Shown here: piece by piece, positions 18,611 through 29,160 of the stretch | Layout: the number at the start of each line of letters is the position of its first letter | Position numbering within the stretch: the first letter of the stretch is position 1 | NCBI GenBank assembly: GCA_963763535.1 | Contig: CAVXOX010000005.1 | Location: forward strand, 479,823-543,822 | Source: an uncultured Acidobacteriota bacterium | Lineage (GTDB): Bacteria; Acidobacteriota; Thermoanaerobaculia; UBA5066; Gp7-AA6 | Length of the DNA: 64,000 bases | Reading direction: 5' to 3' | The notes under the pieces: generated by a model | Told to the model about the DNA's origin: nothing | The model's input: only the letters and a program-made list of their open reading frames with translations | Databases searched by the model: none | Made by a program: the position numbers and the translations under genes

Positions 18611-20215
18611 CTAAATGGAGATCGAGTCGATGTGCTGGCGGCGGCCGTACTCGAGCTCGAAGATCGTGTGGGAGACGAACACCGCCGTGAAGACGGAGAT
18701 GAAGAGACCGATGATCAGCGTGACGGCGAAGCCCTTCACGGGACCGGTCCCGAACTGGAACAGAAACATCGCCGAGACGATCGTCGTGACGTGCGTGTCG
18801 ATGATCGTCGCGAAGGCCTTCGAGAACCCGTTCTCGATCGCGGCCTTCGGGGCCCGGCCGTTTCGGAGCTCCTCGCGGATGCGCTCGAACACGAGCACGT
18901 TCGAGTCGACCGCCATGCCGATCGTCAGGATGAAGCCGGCGATGCCGGGCAGCGTCAGCGTGGCCTCGAAGAGCGACATCGCCGCCGCGAGCAGCAGGGC
19001 GTTCAGGATGAGCGCGATGATGGCGTTCCAGCCGGCCCGCCGGTAGTAGACCGCCATCGCGACGAAGACGAGCAGCGCGCCCGCCACCGAGGCCGTGATG
19101 CCCTTACGGACCGAGTCGAGGCCGAGCGACGGCCCGACGGTCCTCTCCTCCAGGTACACGAGGCCGGCCGGCAGCGCGCCCGCGCGCAGCACGAGCGCGA
19201 GGTCGTTCGCCTCCTCCGGCGAGAAGCTTCCCTCGATGACCCCGGTCTCGACGATGCGGTCCTTGATGGACGGCGCCGACTGGACGCGGTTGTCGAGGAT
19301 GATCGCGAGGCGCTTGCCGATGTTCGCCCCGGTGGCGTCGCCGAACTTCTGCGAGCCGGAGGCGGTCAGGAAGAAGGTCACCGAGTGCGAGCCGAACTGC
19401 CCCTGGGTCGGCCGGGCGTTCTTCAGGTCCCGGCCCGAGATGACCGCCTGCCGGCGCACGACGTAGAACGTCCGCTCGGTGCGGCCCGGCTCCGTCTTGT
19501 ACTCGACGATCTTGAACTGGGGCGGGACGGTGCCGCCCGGATAGGCGGACTTCAACGCCGCCTCCGAGGCGGGACCGGACTCGACGAGCGAGAGCTCGAG
19601 GAAGGCGGTGTTCTTGATCAGGTCCTTGACGCGCTTGGGGTCGTCGATGCCCGGCAGCTGGACGAGGATGCGATCGAAGCCCTCGCGCACGATGAGCGGT
19701 TCGGCGACGCCGAACTCGTCGATGCGGTTGCGGATCGTCTCGACGGCCTGGGAGACGGCGTTGTCCTCCATCTGCCGGCGCGCCGGATCCTTGAGGGCGA
19801 ACGTCCACTTGCCGCCGGCCGTCGACGTGTTCCAGTCGGGCAGGAAGCGCTTGACGACGTCGTCGAGCTTCGTCGTATCGGTCTGCGCGCTCACGGCGAT
19901 CGCGAACGACGTGTCGGACGGCAGCTCGATCGCGCCGATGCCCAGGTCCTTCGCCTGGTTCTTCAGCGTCTCGACCGCATCGTCCCGCTCGGCCTTCACC
20001 GCGTCGGCCGTGTTGACCTGCAGCACGAGGTGAATGCCCCCGCGCAGATCGAGACCGAGCTTGATCGCGCTCTTCAGGGCGTCTTTCAGGGACGGCGAGC
20101 CCGGACCCGTCCACTCCTTCTTCGCATGCGCGTAACCCATGCCGAGGTAGCCGGCGACGGCGCCCGCGACGACGAGGACGATCAGGAGCACCCGCCAGCG
20201 GAGATTCTTACCCAA
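18611..20215 (-). CDS. secD: Protein translocase subunit SecD
   Basis: 534 aa with the periplasmic domain and 6 TM helices (LILNALLLAAAMSLF...). Confidence 0.9.
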   Translation of the reverse strand: MGKNLRWRVLLIVLVVAGAVAGYLGMGYAHAKKEWTGPGSPSLKDALKSAIKLGLDLRGGIHLVLQVNTADAVKAERDDAVETLKNQAKDLGIGAIELPSDTSFAIAVSAQTDTTKLDDVVKRFLPDWNTSTAGGKWTFALKDPARRQMEDNAVSQAVETIRNRIDEFGVAEPLIVREGFDRILVQLPGIDDPKRVKDLIKNTAFLELSLVESGPASEAALKSAYPGGTVPPQFKIVEYKTEPGRTERTFYVVRRQAVISGRDLKNARPTQGQFGSHSVTFFLTASGSQKFGDATGANIGKRLAIILDNRVQSAPSIKDRIVETGVIEGSFSPEEANDLALVLRAGALPAGLVYLEERTVGPSLGLDSVRKGITASVAGALLVFVAMAVYYRRAGWNAIIALILNALLLAAAMSLFEATLTLPGIAGFILTIGMAVDSNVLVFERIREELRNGRAPKAAIENGFSKAFATIIDTHVTTIVSAMFLFQFGTGPVKGFAVTLIIGLFISVFTAVFVSHTIFELEYGRRQHIDSISI

Positions 20216-20325
20216 GGTTCCCCCTCAAAAAAGAACGCCGGAGTCTACAGGAGAAGCGGTCGTTTTGAGCGGCGGCTCGACGCCGCCGAAATGAGAGGGA
20301 ACGTTCCCTCGGCCCGCTCTCCCGG

Positions 20326-20667
20326 TTAACTCGTTGTAGTCGTTGAAGTTGGCTCCGGCTCCGACGCCAGTCCGCCGATCGCGCTGCGCAGCACCTTGAT
20401 CTTCGCGTTGTCGGAGACCTGCAGGATCACGAAGCCGCGTTCCTCGTCGAGCGCGGTGATGCGGCCGAAGATGCCGCCGCTCGTGACGACCTCGTCGCCC
20501 TTCTTCAGCTTCGTGAGCATCTCCTGAGTCTTCTTCTGCTTCTTGCGCATCGGCGCGATGAGCAGGAAATAGAAGATGACGAAGATGAAGATCATCGGGA
20601 GGAACTGCACGAGTCCTCCCGCCGCGCCGCCGGGAGCCGGAGCCGTCTGCAAGAGCTGCGTCAGCAT
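20326..20667 (-). CDS. yajC: Preprotein translocase subunit YajC
   Basis: LVQFLPMIFIFVIFYFLLIAPMRKKQKK... YajC signature, upstream of secDF. Confidence 0.85.
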   Translation of the reverse strand: MLTQLLQTAPAPGGAAGGLVQFLPMIFIFVIFYFLLIAPMRKKQKKTQEMLTKLKKGDEVVTSGGIFGRITALDEERGFVILQVSDNAKIKVLRSAIGGLASEPEPTSTTTTS

Positions 20668-20733
20668 AGCCGGCGGATCATATCGAATCCCGCGTCGTTT
20701 CCCCGCGCTTTCACGATCGGCAGCCCCATCTCC

Positions 20734-22002
20734 TCAATTCGGCTTCGGCTTCGTGAACGGCAGCGGCTCGTTCCGGGCGGGCACGGCCTTCCGCGCCTGC
20801 TCCGCGCGGTCCCAGAAGCGCAGGAAGTTCTCGCCCAGGACGCCGCGGACCTCCTCGTCCGAGTGGCCTCGGCGGAGCAGCTCCTCGGTCAGCCTCGGGA
20901 GCTTCGACACGTCCTCGAGCCCGATCGGGGGATCCTCGATGCCGTCGAAGTCGGAGCCGAGACCCGCCGCCTGCGGGCCGCCGACCTCCATGACGTGCTC
21001 GACGTGGTCGACGATCCGCTTCCAGTCGGCGTCGGGATAATGAACGGTGCCGAGGAGCTTCCCGAGCTCCTCGTCCCGCTTCTTCGGATCGTCCTTCCAG
21101 CGCTCGCGGACGGCGGCGATCTGCGGCTGCAGGGCCTTCTTCGCCGCGACGTAGGCGTCGACCGACTTCTGGTCGAGGAAGAGCGAGCTGAAGTTGACCA
21201 TGACGACGCCCCCGCCCTTCGCGATCGCGCGGATCTGGTCGTCGGTGACGTTGCGCGGCATCCCCGCGAGCGCGCGGCACGACGAGTGCGAGGCGAAGAC
21301 CGGCGCCTTCGAGGCGGCGATTGCGTCGGCCATGGTCTTGTCGCTCACGTGGGAGACGTCCACGAGGATGCCGAGACGGTTCATCTCGAGGACGACCTCC
21401 CGGCCATGCGCCGTGAGCCCGTCGTGCACGGCGGTCTTCTTCGGGTCGTACGGATCGGGCCCGAAGAAGGAGCCGGAGGAGTCCGCCCAGTGGTTCGTGT
21501 TCGTGTGCGTCAGCGTCATGTAGCGGACGCCGAGGCGCTGGTACGCGGAGAGAGCGCCGAGCGAGTCCTCGATCGCATGGCCGCCCTCGATGCCGATCAG
21601 GACCGCGATGCGGCCGTCCTTCTTCGCCTGCCGGATCCCGTCGGCCGAGTCGGCGAAGACGAGGTCCCTCGGGTGCGCCTCGACGAGCCGGTGGATCAGG
21701 TCGATGAACTCGAGCGCCTTCATCGCCGAACCGCCGGACGTCGCGAAGTCGGCGCTGACGTACGCGGCGAGGAAGGCGCCCGTCATCCCGCCCTCGCGCC
21801 AGCGGGGGATGTCGACGTGGCCCGTCGTCCCGCGAAGGCCGAGGTCCACCCACTCCTTCTGGAGCTGCTCGGGCACGTCCTCGTGCGTGTCCACCACGAT
21901 CGCGCTCCGGTGGAGGCGCATCGCCCGTTCGTGGAGGTCGTCGGCCGAAAGCCTCGCCGCGAACGCGACGAGGAGAAGGAGCGCGGAAGCGGCGCGCCTC
22001 AT
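20734..22002 (-). CDS. Membrane dipeptidase (peptidase family M19), secreted
   Basis: Signal peptide, then VVDTHEDVP...[19 protein letters not shown]...DVSHVSDKT motifs. Confidence 0.85.
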   Translation of the reverse strand: MRRAASALLLLVAFAARLSADDLHERAMRLHRSAIVVDTHEDVPEQLQKEWVDLGLRGTTGHVDIPRWREGGMTGAFLAAYVSADFATSGGSAMKALEFIDLIHRLVEAHPRDLVFADSADGIRQAKKDGRIAVLIGIEGGHAIEDSLGALSAYQRLGVRYMTLTHTNTNHWADSSGSFFGPDPYDPKKTAVHDGLTAHGREVVLEMNRLGILVDVSHVSDKTMADAIAASKAPVFASHSSCRALAGMPRNVTDDQIRAIAKGGGVVMVNFSSLFLDQKSVDAYVAAKKALQPQIAAVRERWKDDPKKRDEELGKLLGTVHYPDADWKRIVDHVEHVMEVGGPQAAGLGSDFDGIEDPPIGLEDVSKLPRLTEELLRRGHSDEEVRGVLGENFLRFWDRAEQARKAVPARNEPLPFTKPKPN

Positions 22003-22147
22003 GGGGCGCGGAGCTCGGCTTCCGCGCGCTCGTCCTTCCGGCAGCGCTCGAGGTCCAGGCGAAGGACCCCTTCTTTCGGCGCGCCGCCCTTGTCGGGACT
22101 GCCGGCGTGCGCCTCGGCGGCGACCTTGATCGCGCGTTCGAGCGTGC

Positions 22148-24289
22148 TCAAGCGAGCTTCAGCGGCAGGTTGCGCAGCCGCTTCCCGGTGGCGGCGAAGA
22201 CGGCGTTCGCGACGGCCGGCGCGATCGGGGGCGTGCCCGGCTCGCCCGCGCCGCCGGCCTTCTCGCCGCTCGAGACGATGTGCACCTCGACCTTCGGCAT
22301 CTCGTCGATCCGCAGCACGAGATAGTCGTCGAAATTCGACTGCTGCACGCGGCCGTCCTTGAGCGTGATCGCGCCGTACAGCGCGGCCGAGAGGCCATAG
22401 ACGATCGCCGACTCCATCTGCGCGGTCACGCCGGCGGGATTGACGCAGATCCCGCAGTCGACGGCGCAGACGACGCGGTGGACGCGGATCTTCCCCTTCT
22501 CCACCGAGACCTCGGCGACCTGGGCGACGTAGCTTCCGAACGAGGAGTGCACGGCGACGCCGCGGAAACGGCCCGCGGGCAGCGGCGTCCCCCACCCGGC
22601 CTTCGCGGCCGCGAGCTCGAGCACGCCGCGGTGGCGCGGCGCCTTCTGGAGCAGGCGCCGGCGGTAGGCGAGCGGGTCCTGGCCCGCCGCTGCCGCGAGC
22701 TCGTCGACCATCGTCTCCATGACGAACGCCGTGTGGGTGTGGCCGACCGAGCGCCACCAGAGCACCGGAACGGGGGACCTCGGCGAGTGCAGCCCGACGT
22801 GGTGGTGCGGGATCGCCTCGATGTACGGCGAGTCCACGACGCCCTCGACCGACGTCTCGTCGATGCCCTCCTTGATCATCATCGCGAAGGGCGTCCCCTC
22901 CATGATGGACTGGCCGACGATCGTCTGTTTCCAGGCGACCGGAGTCCCGTCCGCGCCGATGCCGGCGGAGACCTTGTGGGCCCACATCGGCCGGTAGTAC
23001 CCGCCGTGCATGTCGTCCTCGCGCGTCCACACGACCTGGACCGGCATTCCGGAGGCCTTCGCGACGTGGACCGCCTCGGCCACGAAATCGTTGGCCGGGT
23101 TCGCGCGCCGGCCGAACCCGCCGCCGAGAAACGTCGTGTGGAGTCGCACCTTCTCCGGCGCGACGCCGGCGATCTTCGCCGCGGCGGCCTGGTCGCCGGT
23201 CTGGAACTGGGTGCCCGTCCAGACGTCCAAGCCGTCGGGCCCGAGCGACGCGGTCGCGTTCAGCGGCTCCATGGACGCGTGGGCGAGGAACGGGAAGGAA
23301 TACTCGGCGTCGATCCGCTTCGCCGCCTTCGCGAGCGCCGGCCCGACCTCGCCGGCGGCCTTCGCCTTGAGCCCCTCGGTCGCGAGCTTCGCGCGGTACT
23401 CCTCGAGCATCTTCCCGGTGTCGAGCGACGCACCCGGCCCGAGATCCCACTCGATCTCGAGCGCCTGCCGACCCAGCTTCGCCGCCCAGAAGTGGTCCGC
23501 GACGACCGCGACGCCCGACGGCACCTCCACGACGGCGCGCACGCCGGGCACCGCCTTCGCCTTTTCCGCGCGGAACGTCCTGACCTTGCCGCCGAAGACC
23601 GGCGCCCGCTCGATGAGCGCGATCTTCATGCCGGGAACGCGGACGTCCATGCCGAACTGGGCCCTCCCGGCGACCTTCGACGGCCCGTCGAGGCGGCGCG
23701 TGGGCTTCCCGAGGATCTTCCAGTCCTTCCGGTCCTTGAGCGTCACGGACGTCGGCGGCTCTTGCCGGGCGGCGGACTTCGCCAGCGAGCCGTAGGACGC
23801 GCGGTGCTCCCCCGAGACGACGAAGCCCTTCTCCGCGCGGCAGGACTTGGGATCGACCCTCCACTCCGCGGCGGCGGCCGCGACGAGCATCTCGCGCGCC
23901 ATCGCGCCGACCTGGCGGTAGCGGTCGAACTCGGACCAGGTGGACGTCGAGCCGCCCGTCATCTGCGCGTGGTAGGCGGTATGACCGTACACCGGCGCCG
24001 CCGGCGCGTTCTCGACGCGGATCTTCGACCAGTCGCACTCGAGCTCTTCGGCGACCAGCATCGGCAGCGTCGTCCAGACGCCCTGGCCCATCTCGGAGTG
24101 CGCGAGGACGACGGTCACGGTGTCGTCCTCCCCGATGCGGAGAAAGGCGTTCGGCGGCGGCAGCGCCGGCGCGCCGCCGGGCTGCTGCAGGGCGAGCATC
24201 CGCGCCTTGGGCGCGACCGTGAAGCCGATGACGAGCCCGGCCGAGGTCTTCAGGAACTGGCGGCGGGATGGCCCGCGGCGCGCGTTCAC
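22148..24289 (-). CDS. Molybdopterin-dependent oxidoreductase large subunit (isoquinoline 1-oxidoreductase beta-like), Tat-exported
   Basis: GTG start. Tat motif [15 protein letters not shown]. Xanthine-dehydrogenase-family MoCo-binding domains over 713 aa. Confidence 0.85.
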   Translation of the reverse strand: MNARRGPSRRQFLKTSAGLVIGFTVAPKARMLALQQPGGAPALPPPNAFLRIGEDDTVTVVLAHSEMGQGVWTTLPMLVAEELECDWSKIRVENAPAAPVYGHTAYHAQMTGGSTSTWSEFDRYRQVGAMAREMLVAAAAAEWRVDPKSCRAEKGFVVSGEHRASYGSLAKSAARQEPPTSVTLKDRKDWKILGKPTRRLDGPSKVAGRAQFGMDVRVPGMKIALIERAPVFGGKVRTFRAEKAKAVPGVRAVVEVPSGVAVVADHFWAAKLGRQALEIEWDLGPGASLDTGKMLEEYRAKLATEGLKAKAAGEVGPALAKAAKRIDAEYSFPFLAHASMEPLNATASLGPDGLDVWTGTQFQTGDQAAAAKIAGVAPEKVRLHTTFLGGGFGRRANPANDFVAEAVHVAKASGMPVQVVWTREDDMHGGYYRPMWAHKVSAGIGADGTPVAWKQTIVGQSIMEGTPFAMMIKEGIDETSVEGVVDSPYIEAIPHHHVGLHSPRSPVPVLWWRSVGHTHTAFVMETMVDELAAAAGQDPLAYRRRLLQKAPRHRGVLELAAAKAGWGTPLPAGRFRGVAVHSSFGSYVAQVAEVSVEKGKIRVHRVVCAVDCGICVNPAGVTAQMESAIVYGLSAALYGAITLKDGRVQQSNFDDYLVLRIDEMPKVEVHIVSSGEKAGGAGEPGTPPIAPAVANAVFAATGKRLRNLPLKLA

Positions 24290-24821
24290 GACTTCGCTCC
24301 CGACGCGGCGCTGATCTCCGAAACCGGCCCTCGCTTCGCTCGGCCCAGGCTTCGACGCGGCGTTCTCCCGCCGCGGTGAGCTCGGAGGCCCGGTGCACGG
24401 CCGAGCGGATCCGCTGGTACGTGCCGCACCGGCAGATGTTCCCCGAGAGGACCGCGTCGATGTCGCCGTCCGACGGCTTCGGCTTCGTCTTCAGGAGCGC
24501 CGCGGCCGCCATGATCTGGCCCGGCTGACACCAGCCGCACTGCACGACGTCGGCCTCGATCCACGCGCGCTGCACGGGGTGGAGGCCGGAGGCGCCCAGG
24601 CCCTCGATCGTGGTGACCTTCCTGCCCTGCACCTCGGAGACTCCCGTCGCGCAGGCGCGGACCGCCTCGCCGTCGAGGTGGACGGTGCACGCGCCGCACT
24701 GGGCGATGCCGCATCCGTACTTGGTTCCCGTCAGCCCGAGCACGTCGCGCAGGACCCAGAGCAGCGGCATGTCCGCGGGGACGTCCACCTCGTGGGCGTG
24801 GCCGTTGACGTCGATTTTCAC
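24286..24821 (-). CDS. (2Fe-2S)-binding small subunit (IorA-like) partner of the Mo-oxidoreductase. The reading frame has no in-frame stop, so a frameshift near 24330-24345 is inferred.
   Basis: The first ~160 codons of listed ORF 21999..24821 encode [51 protein letters not shown]...[12 protein letters not shown]. After that the frame reads through 2.3 kb of Arg-rich noise. A TGA at 24288-24286 overlaps the GTG of the large subunit in the -1 frame. Confidence 0.7.
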
Positions 24822-24948
24822 GGGGCGCCTCCTGTCTCGGATACTAACAATTTGAGCGGCGCTCGACGCGCCGACACGAGGGAACGTCGCCTCCGCGGCA
24901 TTCCGGTCGAGTCAGAGCGGGCACCGGAGTGAGTGCCGGCTCGAGCTC

Positions 24949-26052
24949 TCACGCCCCTTCCGGCACCTTCTCCTCGGGAGGCGCGGACAGCGACTCGAGC
25001 CTTCCCGCCGCGATGGCCTCGCGGATCGTCCGCATCCAGGCGAGGTAGAAGTGCACGTTGTGGAGCGACAGGAGCATCGGCGCCGAAAAATCCTTGAGGA
25101 CGAACAGATTCCGGATGTACGCGCGGCTGTGGCGGCGGCAGACCGGGCAGGCGCACGTCGGGTCGAGCGGCGCGAGGTCCTCCTTGAACCGCTCGTTCTT
25201 GATCGCGACCTCGCCGGCCGCCGTGTACGCGTGCCCCATTCGGCCGTTGCGCGTCGGGAGCACGCAGTCGAAGAGATCGACGCCGTCGCGCACGGCGGCG
25301 AGGAGGTCGGCCGGGGTGCCGACGCCCATGAGGTATCTGGGTTTCGCAGAGGGGAGCAGCGCGGCCGAGAGCGCCGTCACTTCCCGGATCGCCGCCTTCG
25401 GCTCCCCCACCGCGACGCCGCCGATCGCGTAGCCGGGGAAATCGAGCGCGAGGAGCGGTCCGGCCGAGCGACGGCGCAGGTCCTCGTGCGTGCCGCCCTG
25501 GAGGATGCCGAACAGGAGGCCCGGTCCGCGATACGCGTGGCGCGAGCGCTCCGCCCACGCCAGCGTGCGGCGGCAGGCCTCCTCCACCTCGGCCCGCTCG
25601 GCGGGAAACGGGGGACAGACGTCGAGCGCCATCGCCACGTCCACGCCGAAGCCGGACTGGAGCTCCATCGCGCGCTCCGGCGTGAGGAAGTGGCTCGTGC
25701 CGTCCTCGGGCGAGCGGAACTCGACGCCCTCTTCGGTGACGCGGCGGCGCGCGGCGAGGCTCATTACCTGGAACCCGCCGGAGTCCGTCAGGATCGCGCG
25801 CGTCCACCCCATGAACGCATGGAGCCCGCCCGCGCGCTCGATCAGTGCGAGGCCGGGCCGCGCCATGAGGTGGTAGGTGTTGGCGAGCACGACGCGGCAG
25901 TCCCAGTCTTCGAGGAAATCGAAGGCGACGCCCTTCACCGCGCCGCGCGTGCCGACCGGCATGAAGCACGGCGTCTCGATCTCCGCATGACGCGTCGCGA
26001 GCCGGCCCCGACGGGCCGAAGAGCCGGGATCGCGAGCGAGGACGTCGAACAC
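24949..26052 (-). CDS. tgt: Queuine tRNA-ribosyltransferase
   Basis: TYHLM, DSGGFQ, Zn-site CxCxxC...H (CACPVCRRHSRAYIRNL). Confidence 0.9.
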   Translation of the reverse strand: MFDVLARDPGSSARRGRLATRHAEIETPCFMPVGTRGAVKGVAFDFLEDWDCRVVLANTYHLMARPGLALIERAGGLHAFMGWTRAILTDSGGFQVMSLAARRRVTEEGVEFRSPEDGTSHFLTPERAMELQSGFGVDVAMALDVCPPFPAERAEVEEACRRTLAWAERSRHAYRGPGLLFGILQGGTHEDLRRRSAGPLLALDFPGYAIGGVAVGEPKAAIREVTALSAALLPSAKPRYLMGVGTPADLLAAVRDGVDLFDCVLPTRNGRMGHAYTAAGEVAIKNERFKEDLAPLDPTCACPVCRRHSRAYIRNLFVLKDFSAPMLLSLHNVHFYLAWMRTIREAIAAGRLESLSAPPEEKVPEGA

Positions 26053-26070
26053 CGGCCGGGAGGACCGCCG

Positions 26071-27258
26071 CTAGAAGTGGAACTTGAGCGAGGCCGCGCC
26101 GCCGAGCATCTCGCGGTCGGGGTTCTGCCAGTTGAAGCCGCCGGTCGGGCCCCAGTTGACCGCGATGTCGATCGAGACGAGCGGCACGCCGAAGCCGATG
26201 CCGGCCGTGTAGCCCCACGTGGGGGTGACCGAGGCGAAGTCGTACGTCGCGCCGGCGCGGAAGGCGAAGAGCGGAATTCGGAACTCGACACCTCCGCCGA
26301 TCTGCTGGCTCTGGACGTTCGGCACGAGCGTGTCGCTCCGGATCAGGTCGCCGTCGACGGCGAACGAGAAGAACGGCAGCGGGTCGACCGACGCCCCCGC
26401 GCGGACCTGCCGGGGCAGCGGGACGGAGCCGGGGCTGCCCGGCACGTCCGCCACCGTGAAGGAGGGCTGGTTCAGCGAGGCGCCCATCACCCCCACCTTG
26501 ACGATCCCGAAGTTCGCGCGCACGCCGGCGTCGAAGGCGAGCTTGTTCGTGGTGCGGGCGTTCTGCTGGAAGGCGTCGTGGATGATCTCCGATAGGTCCT
26601 CGCCCGCGCAGCTCGAGTCCGCGACGCCGCAGCGTCCGAAGTAGGTCACGCCCGAGACGTAGCGGACGGCGCCGCCGACCTCGAGCACGCCCGAGAAGAA
26701 CCCGTGGCCGTAGGCGAGGCGCGCCTCCCGCGCCGAGAGGCCGGCGAGAGACAGCCCGGTCTGGTTCTGGCCGATGTTCCCGGGACCGAGGTGCTCGAGG
26801 TCGATGACCGGGTAGACGCCGGCGTAAGGAACGTCGCCGATCGAGAGCGCGAAGCCGTCGTAGGAGACGACGGCGCCGAAGACCCCGGAAGCGACGACGG
26901 AGGTCCCGGGCCGCGCGAGGCGTGCGACGCCGAGCACGGCGACGGGAAGCAGGTCCGGGCGGCTCCCGCCGCCGATGTCGGACCACGGAAGGTCCGCGAG
27001 GCTCGTCAGGCCGCCCACGAGATTGTTCCGGTTCTGGGCCGTGCCGCCGCCGAGCAGCTGGACGCCCCAGCCCTTCAGGCTCGCGAGCGCCGCGGGGTCG
27101 GACCACGCGGCCGAGTTGTCCGAGACGGCGGCGACCTCGGCGCCTCCCATGCCCGCGGCGCGCGCGCCCGCCCAGGGAAACTGAGCGAAAACGGGGCGGG
27201 GAAGCGCGGCGAGGAAGACGGCGGCGGCGAAGGAGAGCCGAAGAGGACGAAGCCTCAT
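26071..27258 (-). CDS. Outer-membrane beta-barrel protein, family unknown
   Basis: Signal peptide MRLRPLRLSFAAAVFLAALPRPVFAQ. Alternating amphipathic beta-strands. Terminal ...ASLKFHF aromatic C-terminus typical of OMPs. The upstream start 27303 is also possible. Confidence 0.6.
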   Translation of the reverse strand: MRLRPLRLSFAAAVFLAALPRPVFAQFPWAGARAAGMGGAEVAAVSDNSAAWSDPAALASLKGWGVQLLGGGTAQNRNNLVGGLTSLADLPWSDIGGGSRPDLLPVAVLGVARLARPGTSVVASGVFGAVVSYDGFALSIGDVPYAGVYPVIDLEHLGPGNIGQNQTGLSLAGLSAREARLAYGHGFFSGVLEVGGAVRYVSGVTYFGRCGVADSSCAGEDLSEIIHDAFQQNARTTNKLAFDAGVRANFGIVKVGVMGASLNQPSFTVADVPGSPGSVPLPRQVRAGASVDPLPFFSFAVDGDLIRSDTLVPNVQSQQIGGGVEFRIPLFAFRAGATYDFASVTPTWGYTAGIGFGVPLVSIDIAVNWGPTGGFNWQNPDREMLGGAASLKFHF

Positions 27259-27341
27259 GGAGCGCCGGATCTTAGCATCCGGTTCTTGGTTGAAACTGTT
27301 CAAGTCGCGTGCTAGGTTTCGGCGGCCTTTTGAGAGGGGAA

Positions 27342-27647
27342 ATGCCCGATCTCGGAAAAAAGTTCGAGTGCTTCAACTGCCACACGAAGTTTTACAACCT
27401 CGGCAAGCCCGAGGCGATCTGCCCCAAGTGCGGCGCGAATCAGAAGAACGCCAAGTCCGACGAGCCGCCGCCGCCGATCCCGCGGCCCGCGCGCCGCGCG
27501 CTCCTCGAAACGATTCCCGACGAGAACCCCCCCGAGTTCGGAGAGGAAGCGAGCCCGGAGCCCGAGCCGGAAGCCGACCTCGATGACGACGAGCTCGAAG
27601 AAGGCGAGGAGGCCCACGAGGCGGAGGAAGAAGAAGAAGAGTACTAG
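27342..27647 (+). CDS. Zinc-ribbon protein of the FYDLN_acid type (CxxC...KFYNLG...CxxC, then a Glu/Asp-rich tail)
   Basis: MPDLGKKFECFNCHTKFYNLGKPEAICPKCG followed by an EEEEEE tail. Matches my memory of TIGR02300. Confidence 0.65.
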   Translation: MPDLGKKFECFNCHTKFYNLGKPEAICPKCGANQKNAKSDEPPPPIPRPARRALLETIPDENPPEFGEEASPEPEPEADLDDDELEEGEEAHEAEEEEEEY

Positions 27648-28323
27648 GCGCCGCCGCCCCGCCGGCGCGCTCGCCTACCTCGGCCTCGGATCCAACCGCG
27701 GCGGCCGCCGCCGCCGCATCGAGAGCGCCCTCCGCGAGATCTCCCGCGCCGCCCCCGTTCTCGCCGTCTCCTCGTTCTATCGGACCGAACCCGTCGGCCA
27801 CGCGGACCAGCCGTTCTTCTGGAACGCCGTCGCCGCGGTGCGCTGGCGCGGCAGCGCGGCGAAGCTCCTCGCGCTCGCCCGCGCCGTCGAGCGGCGCGTC
27901 GGCCGGACGGCCAGCTTCCGCAACGGACCGCGCGAGATCGACGTGGACGTGCTCGACCTCGGCGGCCGCCGCCGCGCGGCGCCCGACCCGGTGCTGCCCC
28001 ACCCGCGCCTCTCCGAGCGGCGCTTCGTCCTCGCGCCTCTGGCGGAGATCGCGCCGGACTGGCGCCACCCGGTGACCGGCGAGACGGCCGCGGCGCTGCT
28101 CGGACGCCTGCCCGCGCGGCCGGGGGCTACGAGGCTTTCTTCCAGGCCGCGAGGTTCTGGCGGGCTTCCTCCTGGAAGGTCAGGTCCTCGACCAGACGCT
28201 GCGGCGACGGCGAGTCCGCGACGATCCCCTCCTCGAGCGCGACGGCCTCGGCCTGCTGCTTCTCGTCGCCGCGGTGCAGGGTCTCGGCGAGGAAGTGGCG
28301 ATTCGCGAAGTTCCGCGCGTTGA
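27583..28323 (+). CDS. folK: 2-amino-4-hydroxy-6-hydroxymethyldihydropteridine pyrophosphokinase (HPPK)
   Basis: ALAYLGLGSNRG...FYRTEPVG...PREIDVDVLDLGG...HPRLSERRFVLAPLAEIAPDWRHPVTGET. Its only ATG/GTG/TTG start, at 27583, overlaps the upstream gene by 65 nt. The ~70-aa Arg-rich C-terminal extension to 28323 is doubtful. Confidence 0.7.
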   Translation: MTTSSKKARRPTRRRKKKKSTRRRRPAGALAYLGLGSNRGGRRRRIESALREISRAAPVLAVSSFYRTEPVGHADQPFFWNAVAAVRWRGSAAKLLALARAVERRVGRTASFRNGPREIDVDVLDLGGRRRAAPDPVLPHPRLSERRFVLAPLAEIAPDWRHPVTGETAAALLGRLPARPGATRLSSRPRGSGGLPPGRSGPRPDAAATASPRRSPPRARRPRPAASRRRGAGSRRGSGDSRSSAR

Positions 28324-29037
28324 TCCCCATCGCCAGTCGAAGGTACTTGATCGCGTCCTCGCGCGACACCCAGCCCGTGATGAAGGGGACCCACGGCGCC
28401 TGGTCGTTCAGCCGTCCCAGGATGCGGTAGCCGCCGCCCTCTTCGAACTCGGGGTTGATGGCGACCACCGTGGCGCCCCAGTCGCGAATCTTGTCGGCGA
28501 CGCCCTTGCGCGCCGACTCGACCGCTCCGACCGAGAGGGCCCACTGGCCGTAGCAGGTCGACGCCCAGTAGAAGGTCGGCGCCGCATCCCCGCGCTGCTT
28601 GAGGTTCCCGGCGAGAAATTCGGGTCCGGCCTCCACCATGCCCTTGATGCCCCGATCCTCCACGCTCGAATCGAGGATCACGATGGCGTCGTCGGCGATG
28701 CGCCGGGCCTTCTCGAACACCGCCCTGCGGGCGTCCCCCTCGAGGCCCGTGTAGACCCCCTTGAAGTAGAGCGCGCGCATCAGCTTCCACCGGGCCTCGA
28801 CGTAGTGCGGATCGGCCGTCGCCTTGTCGTAGAGCGCGATCGCCTGGTTGATGGGGCCGGCGCTCGCCTTGAGGCCCACGCGGCCCTCCTGGCGCGCAGG
28901 TACCAGCTGTCGCCCTTCGCGACGAGCGGATTGGTGGCGCCGAACTGAGGCTGGTCCGTGAAGGACGGCGGGTTCTGCTGCGCCGGCGCCGCGGCGCAAA
29001 GGAAGACCAGGAGAGCGGCGCCGACGAGCGACTTCAT
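28127..29037 (-). CDS. Secreted hypothetical protein, split by a frameshift at ~28890-28900
   Basis: Signal peptide MKSLVGAALLVFLCAAAPAQQ is in one frame (ORF 28780..29037). The mature body is in the +2 frame (ORF 28127..28999: ...GLKASAGPINQAIALYDKATADPHYVEARWKLMRALYFKG...). Junction is at a gcgcgc run. Confidence 0.5.
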
Positions 29038-29160
29038 GGCGAAAAGTCTACACGGAGCCGCGGCGAGAGAACGCCGCGTCGCTGGGGCGGGCCGAGCGAG
29101 GCGAGGGCCGACCCGGCGAAGAGGAGCCGCGCCGCGCTAAACTTGCGTGCGGAGGACGAC

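Noticed and set aside
21999-24821. 940-aa ORF treated as one protein
   Set aside because: Only the first ~160 codons (the 2Fe-2S subunit) are real. The remainder is read-through across the Mo-subunit gene in another frame, caused by a missing stop or a frameshift.
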